In this document: piece by piece, positions 9,686 to 17,474 of the stretch
Layout of the letters: each line of letters starts with the position of its first letter
Position numbering within the stretch: position 1 is the stretch's first letter
From: a bacterium
GTDB taxonomy: Bacteria; ARS69
NCBI GenBank assembly: GCA_965216835.1
Contig: OZ244210.1
Location: 1,429,136-1,493,135, forward strand
Length of the DNA: 64,000 nt
Direction of reading: 5' to 3'
Made by a program: the position numbers and the translations under genes
Notes under the pieces: model-generated
Told to the model about the DNA's origin: nothing
Seen by the model: only the letters and a program-made list of their open reading frames with translations
Database searches by the model: none

Positions 9686-10233
9686 ACGAGAAGCTCGTGG
9701 AATCGGTGGTGCGGCGCGTCGTGGCGGCGCTCGACGCGGTCCCGTCGGCCGGCGTGTCGACGGGCACGGAGTTCACCCCGGCCGCCTGGCCGCCGCGGAC
9801 GGTGGCGATCGGCGCGGACCACGGCGGCTACGAACTGAAGGAGGACCTGCGCCGGTTCCTGGAGATGAAGAAGTACCGGGTCCTGGACTGCGGCACGAAC
9901 TCGAAGGACTCCGTGGACTATCCGGACTTTGCGCGCGCGGTGGCCGTCGCCGTCGCCGACGGACGCGCCGAGGCGGGCGTCATCGTGGACGGTGCGGGAA
10001 TCGGCTCCGGGATGGCGGCCAACAAGGTGCGAGGCGCGCGCTGCGGCGTGTGCCACGACATCGCCACGGTGCTGAACGCCCGCGAGCACAACGACGCCAA
10101 CGTCCTGTCGATCGGGTCGGGCGTGGTGTCCGCCAACCTGGCGCGACGGATGGTCGCGCTGTTCCTGCAGACCGAGAACGGCGGCGGACGGCACCTGCGT
10201 CGCGTCCGCAAGATCATGGAGATCGAGGGATGA
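9682..10233 (+). CDS. rpiB: Ribose-5-phosphate isomerase B (RpiB/LacAB family) with a roughly 40 aa N-terminal amphipathic extension
   Basis: Core TVAIGADHGGYELK...GSGMAANKVRGARCGVCHD is typical RpiB. The extension MNEKLVESVVRRVVAALDAV plus a Pro/Ala linker is in frame and has high third-position GC. ATG overlaps the cdd stop. Confidence 0.85.
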   Translation: MNEKLVESVVRRVVAALDAVPSAGVSTGTEFTPAAWPPRTVAIGADHGGYELKEDLRRFLEMKKYRVLDCGTNSKDSVDYPDFARAVAVAVADGRAEAGVIVDGAGIGSGMAANKVRGARCGVCHDIATVLNAREHNDANVLSIGSGVVSANLARRMVALFLQTENGGGRHLRRVRKIMEIEG

Positions 10234-11078
10234 CGCGCGAGGAACTCATCGGGACGATCACGCGGGAAGTGCTGCGGGCCCTCCAGGAGGAGTCGGCCGC
10301 CGGCGGCGCCCCGCCCGACGCGGCCTGGGCCTGCGACGGAGGAAGTCGTGTCCCCCGCGAGGGGCTGGTGGACCTGTGCCGGGACCTGGGCATCTGCCGC
10401 CTCGGCGGCACGCCGGGCGAGGCGCCGGGACCCGGGCTCGCCGGCTACATCGACCACACGGTGCTCAAGCCCGATGCGCCGCGGGCGGACATCGAGCGGC
10501 TCTGCCAGGAGGCGCGGGCCAACTCCTTCGCGTCCGTCTGCGTTCAGCCGTGGTGGGTCGGGCTGTGCGCGGATCTGCTGGCGGGGTCCACGGTCAAGGT
10601 GTGCACGGTGATCGGCTTCCCGCACGGCATGAACAAGCCCGAGGTGAAGAGCTACGAGTCGCGCCGGGCCATGGAGGACGGCGCCACCGAGCTGGACATG
10701 GTGATCAACATCGGCGCGCTGAAGTCCAAGGACTACGGCACCGTGGAGCGCGACATCCGCGGCGTGGTGGAGGTGGCGCACCCGCGGGCGTCGGTGAAGG
10801 TCATCCTGGAGAACGCCTACCTCACGGACGAGGAGAAGGCCGAGGGCTGCGCGCTGGCCAAGGCGGCCGGCGCCGACTACGTGAAGACGTCCACCGGCTT
10901 CGCGTCCGGCGGCGCCACCGTGGAGGACGTGGAGCTCATGCGGCGCGTCGTCGGTGAGGAGATGGGCGTCAAGGCGGCCGGCGGCATCCGCGACGCGGAC
11001 GTCGCGCGGCGGATGATCGAGGCGGGCGCCACCCGCCTGGGGGCCAGCGCCTCGCTGGCCATCGTGCAGGGCGGCTGA
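10230..11078 (+). CDS. deoC: Deoxyribose-phosphate aldolase with a roughly 55 aa N-terminal extension
   Basis: Core YIDHTVLKPDA...VKVILE...DYVKTSTGF contains the Schiff-base lysine region of DeoC. The extension MTREELIGTITREVLRALQEE plus a Gly/Pro/Ala linker precedes it. ATG overlaps the rpiB stop. Confidence 0.9.
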   Translation: MTREELIGTITREVLRALQEESAAGGAPPDAAWACDGGSRVPREGLVDLCRDLGICRLGGTPGEAPGPGLAGYIDHTVLKPDAPRADIERLCQEARANSFASVCVQPWWVGLCADLLAGSTVKVCTVIGFPHGMNKPEVKSYESRRAMEDGATELDMVINIGALKSKDYGTVERDIRGVVEVAHPRASVKVILENAYLTDEEKAEGCALAKAAGADYVKTSTGFASGGATVEDVELMRRVVGEEMGVKAAGGIRDADVARRMIEAGATRLGASASLAIVQGG

Positions 11079-11080
11079 TC

Positions 11081-12379
11081 GTGCACATCCCGGAGATCCT
11101 CGAGCGCAAGCGCGAAGGCGCCGAGACTTCGCCGGAGGAGATCGCCGCGCTGATCGGCGGCCTGGTGGCCGGCGACGTTCCCGAGTACCAGGTCTCCGCC
11201 TGGCTGATGGCCGTCGTCTTCCGCGGCATGACCCGCCCCGAGACCGCCACGCTCACGCGCTTCATGATGGAGTCGGGAGAGGTGCTGGACTTCTCCGGAC
11301 TCGGGACCGTGGTGGACAAGCACTCCACGGGGGGCGTGGGCGACAAGATCTCCATCCCGCTGGCGCCGGCCGCCGCCGCCGCGGGAGCCCGCATCCCGAT
11401 GATCTCCGGGCGCGGCCTCGGGCACACCGGCGGCACGCTGGACAAGCTGGAGTCCATCCCCGGCCTCAACACGACGCTCTCGGTTCCGGAGTTCCGCCGC
11501 GTCACGAAGAAGATCGGCTTCTCCATCATCGGGGCGGGGAAGGAGCTCGCGCCGGCGGACGGTCGGCTCTACGCGCTTCGCGATGTCACCGGCACGGTGC
11601 CCAGTATCCCGCTCATCACGGCGAGCATCCTGTCCAAGAAGTACGCCGCCGGGGTGAACGGCCTCGTGCTGGACGTGAAGTGCGGCAGCGGCGCCTTCAT
11701 GAAGACCCGCGAGGACGCGGTCGAGCTGGCGCGGACGCTCGTGGAGGTGTCGGCGGAGATGGGGAAGCAGGCGCGCGCGCTGGTGACGTCGATGGAGGCG
11801 CCTCTGGGGCGCACCGTCGGGAACGCGCTGGAGGTCCGCGAGTCCATCGATGTGCTCCGCGGCGAGGGACCGGCCGACGTCCGCGAGCTCACCGTTGCGC
11901 TCGGCGCGGAACTCCTGCGGCTTTCGGGGATCGCGGAGGACTCCGCCGACGCCTCGTCGCGGATCGAGCGGACGCTGGACGATGGACAGGCGATGGAGAC
12001 GTTCGGCAGGTGGATCGAGGCGCAGTCCGGAGACCGGAAGGTTCTGGAGAATCCGGACCTGCTTCCGGCGGCGCCGGTCGTGCGGACGTTCGAGGCGGAA
12101 CGGACCGCGCATCTCCGGGCGATGGACTCCCGCGCCGTCGGGCTCGCGGCCAACGCGCTCGGCGCGGGCCGCACGCACGTGGGCGACGACGTGGATCCGG
12201 CGGTCGGCTTCGTCTTCCGGAAGCGGGTGGGCGAGGCCGTGGAGGCCGGCGAGCCCTGGGTGGAGATCCACGCGCGCTCCGAGGACGACGCCGACGGCGC
12301 CGCGCGCCGCCTGGCCGCCGCCGCGCAGTGGAGCGACGAGTCGCCGCCGAGCGGCCCTCTCGTCCTCGACACGCTCTAG
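11081..12379 (+). CDS. deoA: Thymidine / pyrimidine-nucleoside phosphorylase
   Basis: GTG start 2 nt after the deoC stop. Motifs DKHSTGGVGDK and SGRGLGHTGGTLDKLE of glycosyltransferase family 3 nucleoside phosphorylases. Confidence 0.9.
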   Translation: MHIPEILERKREGAETSPEEIAALIGGLVAGDVPEYQVSAWLMAVVFRGMTRPETATLTRFMMESGEVLDFSGLGTVVDKHSTGGVGDKISIPLAPAAAAAGARIPMISGRGLGHTGGTLDKLESIPGLNTTLSVPEFRRVTKKIGFSIIGAGKELAPADGRLYALRDVTGTVPSIPLITASILSKKYAAGVNGLVLDVKCGSGAFMKTREDAVELARTLVEVSAEMGKQARALVTSMEAPLGRTVGNALEVRESIDVLRGEGPADVRELTVALGAELLRLSGIAEDSADASSRIERTLDDGQAMETFGRWIEAQSGDRKVLENPDLLPAAPVVRTFEAERTAHLRAMDSRAVGLAANALGAGRTHVGDDVDPAVGFVFRKRVGEAVEAGEPWVEIHARSEDDADGAARRLAAAAQWSDESPPSGPLVLDTL

Positions 12380-12388
12380 GAATCGTCC

Positions 12389-14560
12389 TTGCGTCGCCTC
12401 GGGCCCGCGCTGGTTCTCCTCCTGGGGGCGAGCGCGCGGGTCCTCTATCTCCTCGACTCGCGCGTCGACCCGACGTTCCGCGCCCCCATCATCGACGCGC
12501 ACACGTACCAACGGATGGCGACGGATCTGGCGGGAGGGGCCTGGCCCGCCGAGCCGTTCTTCCAGCCGCCCGGCTACCCGGTGGCGCTCGCCGGACTCTA
12601 CGCGCTGTTCGGCGCCGATCCGGCGATTGCGCGGGCGGCGGGACTGGTCCTCGGCCTCGCCACTCTCGCGCTGACGATGTTCCTCGGGCGCCGACTCGGT
12701 CCTCCGGGGACGGGGCTCCTCGCCGGGACGATCGTCGCCCTCTCCGCCCCGATGATCTTCTTCGAGCAGCAGATCCTGCCCGCGGGTCCGGGCGCGCTGC
12801 TGACCACCGCGACGCTCTCTCTGGCGGCCTGGGGAGCCGCGTCCGGGCGACGGGTCGCGTGGGCGCTGGCGGGCGCCGTCGCCGGCCTGGCGACGCTGAA
12901 CGTGGCGAACCTGCTGGTGGCGGCCCCGCTGGCGCTGGGGCTGGCGGGAGTTCTCGCCGCGCGCCGTCGCTTCCGCGGCGCGGCGTCGGCCGGGCTCTTT
13001 GCCCTGGCGATGCTGATCGTGCTGGCGCCGGTCTCGATCCGAAACAGCGTCCTGGCCGGTCGGCCGCTGCTCGTATCCACGAACGGCGGGATCAACCTGT
13101 ACCTGGCGAACAACCCGGAGGCGGAGCGCACCGAGGCCATGCGTCCCGGCTACGCGTGGGCCGAGCTGTTCCGTTCCGCCGCGCGGGGGGGCGCCCGGAC
13201 CACCGCGGAGACGGACGCGCTCTATCTCCGGCGGGCGGTCGCCTGGATGGCCGAGGAGCCGGGTCGGGCCGCGGCCGGCGGACTGCGGCGCGGGCGTCAG
13301 CTGCTCTCCGGGCGGGAGCCGCCGCGCAACCAGGATCTCTACACCCACGCGGGTCACTCGCCGCTGCTCTCGTTCCTGGCGGCGCCGTTCGGCGTGCGCG
13401 CATTGCCGTTCGCGGCGCTGCTGGCGCTGGCGGCCGCGGGGCTCGCGAATGCCTGGCGGCGTCCGGATCGAAGGATCGTGGCGGCGCTGGTGCTCCTCTA
13501 CGCCGCCACGATGCTGCTCTTCCCGGTCGCGTCGCGGTACCGGGTGCCGCTGATCCCGGCGCTGGCCGTGTTCGCGGCCATCGGCGCACGGGTGATGATC
13601 GTCCGGGGGCACGCCGACGGCCGGCGGCGCGTGCGGACGGGACTGATCGCGGCGGCGGTCTTCCTGGTGGCGATGCTCCCCGTGACCGGTCCCGCGGACT
13701 CGGTCCCGTTCCGTGCGGAGATGTTCACGATGCTCGGGCGACAGGCGCTCGGGGCCGGGGACGTGGAGGGGGCGGTCGCTCACCTCCAGCGGGCGACGGA
13801 GGAGGACGCGAACTTCGTGCTCGCGTGGCAACTGCTCGGCGTCGCGCGGCGCGAGGCAGGCGACCTTCCGGGTGCGGAGGAAGCGCTGCGCACCGCGGTG
13901 GACACGGGCGGCGGCGCGGAGGCGCATCTGCTGCTGGGCGAGACGCTCCTGGCCCGCGGTCAGGCGGACGCGGCGGAGGACGAGTTCGCCCGGGCGGTGG
14001 AGGCATCGCCGGAGATCCCGCGGGCGAGTGCGGCGCTGGCGTTCTTCGCGACCGTGCGTGGCGATGCGCCGGCGGCGATCGCGCACCTGCGGCGGGCGGT
14101 GGAGGCCGATCCGCTGGATCCGGAGCCCGCGCTCGACCTGGCCTGGCGGCTCGCCACCACGCCGGACGATGCGCTGCGGGACGGCGAGGAGGCGCTCCGC
14201 GTGGCGGAGGCGGCGCTGGATCGGCTGCGCGGCGACGAGCCCGTCCTCGTGCGCGATCCCGGTGCGCTGGAGGTCCACGCCGCGGCGCTGGCGGAAACGG
14301 GGGAGCCGGAGCGGGCCCTGCGGGTCGCACAGCGGGCGCTGGCCGGCTGGGAGCGTCGGGGGAGATCCGCGGACGAGGAACGGGTGCTGGAGGCCGCACG
14401 GGGGTACGAGCGCGGCACCGCGTACCGCTCCAATCTCACGGAGCGTCCGGGCGGGCCGGAGATCGCGGTCCCCGGGGCCGAGGCCGCCGGGGACGACCCC
14501 CAAGAGAAAAGGCCCCCGGGGGGGCCTTCCAGGTTGTCCGCGGAACCGAACGGCGGCTAG
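12389..14560 (+). CDS. Membrane glycosyltransferase (GT39/ArnT/PMT-like fold) fused to C-terminal TPR repeats
   Basis: 723 aa. N-terminal two-thirds are polytopic membrane protein with periplasmic-loop motifs; the C-terminal third has TPR-like helical repeats (LQRATEEDANFVLAWQLLGV...). Paralogue of 53408..55525. Confidence 0.7.
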   Translation: MRRLGPALVLLLGASARVLYLLDSRVDPTFRAPIIDAHTYQRMATDLAGGAWPAEPFFQPPGYPVALAGLYALFGADPAIARAAGLVLGLATLALTMFLGRRLGPPGTGLLAGTIVALSAPMIFFEQQILPAGPGALLTTATLSLAAWGAASGRRVAWALAGAVAGLATLNVANLLVAAPLALGLAGVLAARRRFRGAASAGLFALAMLIVLAPVSIRNSVLAGRPLLVSTNGGINLYLANNPEAERTEAMRPGYAWAELFRSAARGGARTTAETDALYLRRAVAWMAEEPGRAAAGGLRRGRQLLSGREPPRNQDLYTHAGHSPLLSFLAAPFGVRALPFAALLALAAAGLANAWRRPDRRIVAALVLLYAATMLLFPVASRYRVPLIPALAVFAAIGARVMIVRGHADGRRRVRTGLIAAAVFLVAMLPVTGPADSVPFRAEMFTMLGRQALGAGDVEGAVAHLQRATEEDANFVLAWQLLGVARREAGDLPGAEEALRTAVDTGGGAEAHLLLGETLLARGQADAAEDEFARAVEASPEIPRASAALAFFATVRGDAPAAIAHLRRAVEADPLDPEPALDLAWRLATTPDDALRDGEEALRVAEAALDRLRGDEPVLVRDPGALEVHAAALAETGEPERALRVAQRALAGWERRGRSADEERVLEAARGYERGTAYRSNLTERPGGPEIAVPGAEAAGDDPQEKRPPGGPSRLSAEPNGG

Positions 14561-14570
14561 CGGTGCTTCG

Positions 14571-14807
14571 CTAGACCTTCTGTCCCTTGGCCCGCATCTC
14601 CCGGACGACGGTGGCGAGGCCGCGCTTGTCGATGATCTTCATGCCCTTGGCCGACACGCGCAGACGGATCCACCGACCCTCTTCCTCGAACCAGTAACGC
14701 TTCTGCATCAGGTTCGGCTTCCAGCGACGCTTCGTCTTGTTGTTCGCGTGGCTGACGTTGTTTCCGGTCTGCGGGCGAATCCCCGTGACCATGCACACTC
14801 GACTCAC
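14571..14807 (-). CDS. rpmB: 50S ribosomal protein L28
   Basis: [29 protein letters not shown]...[16 protein letters not shown] matches L28. Confidence 0.9.
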   Translation of the reverse strand: MSRVCMVTGIRPQTGNNVSHANNKTKRRWKPNLMQKRYWFEEEGRWIRLRVSAKGMKIIDKRGLATVVREMRAKGQKV

Positions 14808-14844
14808 TTCGGCCTCCCGCCTACACCCGGCATTGCCGGGCGGG

Positions 14845-15012
14845 CTACTTCATCTTCTGCTCGACGAACTCCACGTGCTTCCGGACGCGCGGGTCGTACT
14901 TCATGCACTTGACCTTGTCCGGATGGGTCCGGCGGTTCTTGGTCATCGTGTAGAAGTACCCGGTCCCGGCACTGGAAACGAGGCGGATCTTCTCTCGGAT
15001 CGCTTTCGCCAC
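14845..15012 (-). CDS. rpmG: 50S ribosomal protein L33
   Basis: Manual translation gives [55 protein letters not shown] (55 aa, GTG start, GGAGGAAACC upstream). Below the ORF-track length cutoff. Confidence 0.85.
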   Translation of the reverse strand: MAKAIREKIRLVSSAGTGYFYTMTKNRRTHPDKVKCMKYDPRVRKHVEFVEQKMK

Positions 15013-15045
15013 GGGGTTTCCTCCGTTCAGGCATTCGGACCGGAG

Positions 15046-15074
15046 AAGGTACAGGATCCCCCGCCCGGGTGCAA
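15046..15074 (-). promoter_or_regulatory. Candidate sigma70-type promoter for rpmG-rpmB (TTGCAC-N17-TACCTT on the minus strand)
   Basis: Hexamer pattern read by eye about 35 nt upstream of the rpmG start; the -10 element is weak. Confidence 0.25.
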
Positions 15075-15228
15075 GGCTCCGCCGAGCCCGTTCCTTCCGG
15101 CCCCGCTCGTCGTCCGTGGCGGCGCCCTCGCCCTCGCCCCCCCGATCCGCCCCCGAAAGGGCCCTTTGGGGCGCCTTCCTGGCCGTTCTGGCGGGAAGAA
15201 CCCCGGGAGGGCCCGGAGGGCCCCGAGG

Positions 15229-17400
15229 CTAGTTCCGGAGCTCGTCCTCGTCGGTGCGGCGGGAAGCCCGGTCCAGCTCGTCGAAGGACGTGGCCGGGCT
15301 CCAGAGGTCCACGGTCTGGCCCAGGCCGTGGATGGGGCAGGGCTCCACCGGCTCGTCGCCCCGGACGAACATCTCCCGGAAGGCGTCCGGGCACTGGGGC
15401 ACCGCCTTCACCCCGGAATCCCGGCAGACGGATTCCCAGACGATGCCGTCGGGCGTCTCGAACTCCGTGCAGTCGGTGCCCTCCAGAGCGACCTTCATCG
15501 TCTCGATCCAGATGGGCAGGGCGGCCGACGTTCCGGTCATGTCGCGGCCGAGCGTCTTCTTCACGTCGAAGCCGACCCACACGCCCATCGTGTACTCCGA
15601 CGTGAAGCCGACGAACATCGCGTCCATGTAGTCGTCCATCGTGCCGGTCTTGCCGCCGGCCGGGCACGTGACGCCCTTCCACCTCGCCGATGCGCCGGTG
15701 CCCTTGTTCATGACGTCCTCGAACATGGACGTGAGGACCGCCGCCACCGGGGCGGCGAGCGCCTCCTCGGACTGCACCTGCCCGCGCTCCAGCACGGCGC
15801 CGTTCCGGTCGCGGACCTCCTGGATCGACCACGGGCGGTGCAGGATGCCCTGGTTGGGATAGACCGTGTAGGCCGCCGTGAGATCCGACAGTGTCACCTC
15901 CGAGGCGCCGAGAGCCGTGGAGGGGAAGGGGAGCAGCCGGCCGGAGATCCCGCAGCGCCGGGCGACGTCCACCGCCGCCTCCGGCCCGACGGTCAGGATC
16001 ATCCGCACCGCGGGCACGTTGATCGACTTCGTCATCGCGGTGCGCATCGTCACCGGGCCCTGGAACGTGCGCTTGGTATTCTCCGGCTTGTACGTGTCGC
16101 CGTTCGGCATCGGCACGACGAGAGGCTCGTCGAGGATTACGGTCGACGGCCCGATGCCCTGCTCCACCGCGGCCGTGAAGACGAACGGCTTGAACGCGGA
16201 GCCCGGCTGCCGCCTCGCCTGCATCGCCCGGTTGAACTTGCTCTCCCAGTAGTTCCGTCCGCCCACCATCGCCACGATCTCGCCGGTCCGCGTCTTCAGC
16301 ACGATGCAGGCGCCCTGCACGTACGGCGACGTGACGAACGGCGACTCGGGGGCGGTCCACGTCGAGTCCCTCACCACCTCGTAGTCGTTGTGCCGCTCCA
16401 GCCACCGCAGCTGGCTCTCCAGCGCCTCCTCCGCCGCCTTCTGGATCCTCCAGTCCAGCGTGGTCTCCACCGTCAGGCCGTCGTGGTAGAGCCGATCCGC
16501 CCCGTAGCGCGCGACGAGCTGCTGCCGCACGGACTCCACGAAGTAAGGCGCCCGCATCGAGGGAGCGTCGCGCTCCACCAGCGCGATCTCCTCCTCCCGC
16601 GACGCGTGGTACGTGGAGTCGTCGATGGCGCCGGTCTCGTGCATCGCGGCCAGCACGCGCTCCTGCCGGGCTCGCGCGTTCTCGAAGCGCCGGCGCGGGT
16701 CGAAGAGGGTCGGGTTGGCGGGGACGGCCGAGATCAGTGCGCACTCCGCCACGGTGAGTTCGGAGAGCTCCTTGTCGAAGTACTCGCGGGCCGCGCTACG
16801 CGCGCCGTGGGCGCCGTTGCCGTAGTAGATCTGGTTGAAGTACATCCCGAGGATCTCGTCCTTCGTGTAGATGCGCTCCAGCCGGATCGTCAGCAACGCC
16901 TCCTTGATCTTCCGCGTGATCGTCCGCTCGTGCGTGAGGAACAGGTTCCGCGCGAGCTGCTGCGTGATCGTGCTGCCGCCCTGGGAGGTCACGCCGCGGC
17001 GCAGGTTGGCCAGCACGGCCCGGGCAAGGGCGGCCGGCTGGATGCCCCAGTGCTCGTAGAAACTCCGATCCTCGGTGGAGATTACCGCGTCGATCAGCGG
17101 GCGCGGGATCTCCTCCAGGCGGGCCAGCAGCCGATCCTCGGAGAAGAGGTCCCCCAGTCCCGCTCCGTTGCGGTCCACGATGCGCGTGTTGGAGGGCGGC
17201 TCGATCCGCTCCAGGTGGGCGGCCGACGGCAGCTCGCTCTGGAAGCGCAGCAGCGCCGCGACGAATCCGCCGCCGGCGAGGAAGACGAACAGGAGCGTGA
17301 AGAAGAGCCACCCGTGCACGACCCGCCGCCAGGAGAGCGTGCGGACCGCGTCCAGCAGCCGGACGAGGAATCCGGCCGGGCGATGCGTCGGGTCTGTCAC
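15229..17400 (-). CDS. mrcA: Class A penicillin-binding protein 1A (bifunctional glycosyltransferase/transpeptidase)
   Basis: 723 aa with N-terminal TM anchor, GT51 motifs (EDRSFYEHWG, GGSTITQQLARN), and transpeptidase SxxK/SxN/KTG motifs (SAFKP, SIN, KTGT). GTG start. Confidence 0.9.
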   Translation of the reverse strand: MTDPTHRPAGFLVRLLDAVRTLSWRRVVHGWLFFTLLFVFLAGGGFVAALLRFQSELPSAAHLERIEPPSNTRIVDRNGAGLGDLFSEDRLLARLEEIPRPLIDAVISTEDRSFYEHWGIQPAALARAVLANLRRGVTSQGGSTITQQLARNLFLTHERTITRKIKEALLTIRLERIYTKDEILGMYFNQIYYGNGAHGARSAAREYFDKELSELTVAECALISAVPANPTLFDPRRRFENARARQERVLAAMHETGAIDDSTYHASREEEIALVERDAPSMRAPYFVESVRQQLVARYGADRLYHDGLTVETTLDWRIQKAAEEALESQLRWLERHNDYEVVRDSTWTAPESPFVTSPYVQGACIVLKTRTGEIVAMVGGRNYWESKFNRAMQARRQPGSAFKPFVFTAAVEQGIGPSTVILDEPLVVPMPNGDTYKPENTKRTFQGPVTMRTAMTKSINVPAVRMILTVGPEAAVDVARRCGISGRLLPFPSTALGASEVTLSDLTAAYTVYPNQGILHRPWSIQEVRDRNGAVLERGQVQSEEALAAPVAAVLTSMFEDVMNKGTGASARWKGVTCPAGGKTGTMDDYMDAMFVGFTSEYTMGVWVGFDVKKTLGRDMTGTSAALPIWIETMKVALEGTDCTEFETPDGIVWESVCRDSGVKAVPQCPDAFREMFVRGDEPVEPCPIHGLGQTVDLWSPATSFDELDRASRRTDEDELRN

Positions 17401-17474
17401 AGCCTCACCTCCCGCCGGTCCAACCCCCGGAACGCCTCAGGGGTCCCGGGGGCCGGACGGCGGGACGTCTGAGG

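Noticed and set aside
9682-9801. Possibility that rpiB starts at the internal GTG before VAIGADHGG and the N-terminal extension is untranslated
   Set aside because: The upstream 40 codons show coding-like third-position GC, start exactly on the cdd stop, and the peptide closely parallels the DeoC extension, so I kept the long form.
9682-11078. Calling this window a bacterial microcompartment locus
   Set aside because: No BMC-H/T/P shell genes, aldehyde dehydrogenase or phosphotransacylase are present in the window. Only the encapsulation-peptide-like extensions are seen, so this is reported as a hypothesis.
10877-14503. 1208 aa ORF on the minus strand, and a 964 aa plus-strand ORF at 11680..14574 in another frame
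   Set aside because: Both overlap well-supported deoC, deoA and GT39-TPR genes. Their translations are Arg/Pro/Gly-rich low complexity, typical of chance open frames in roughly 70% GC DNA where stop codons are rare.
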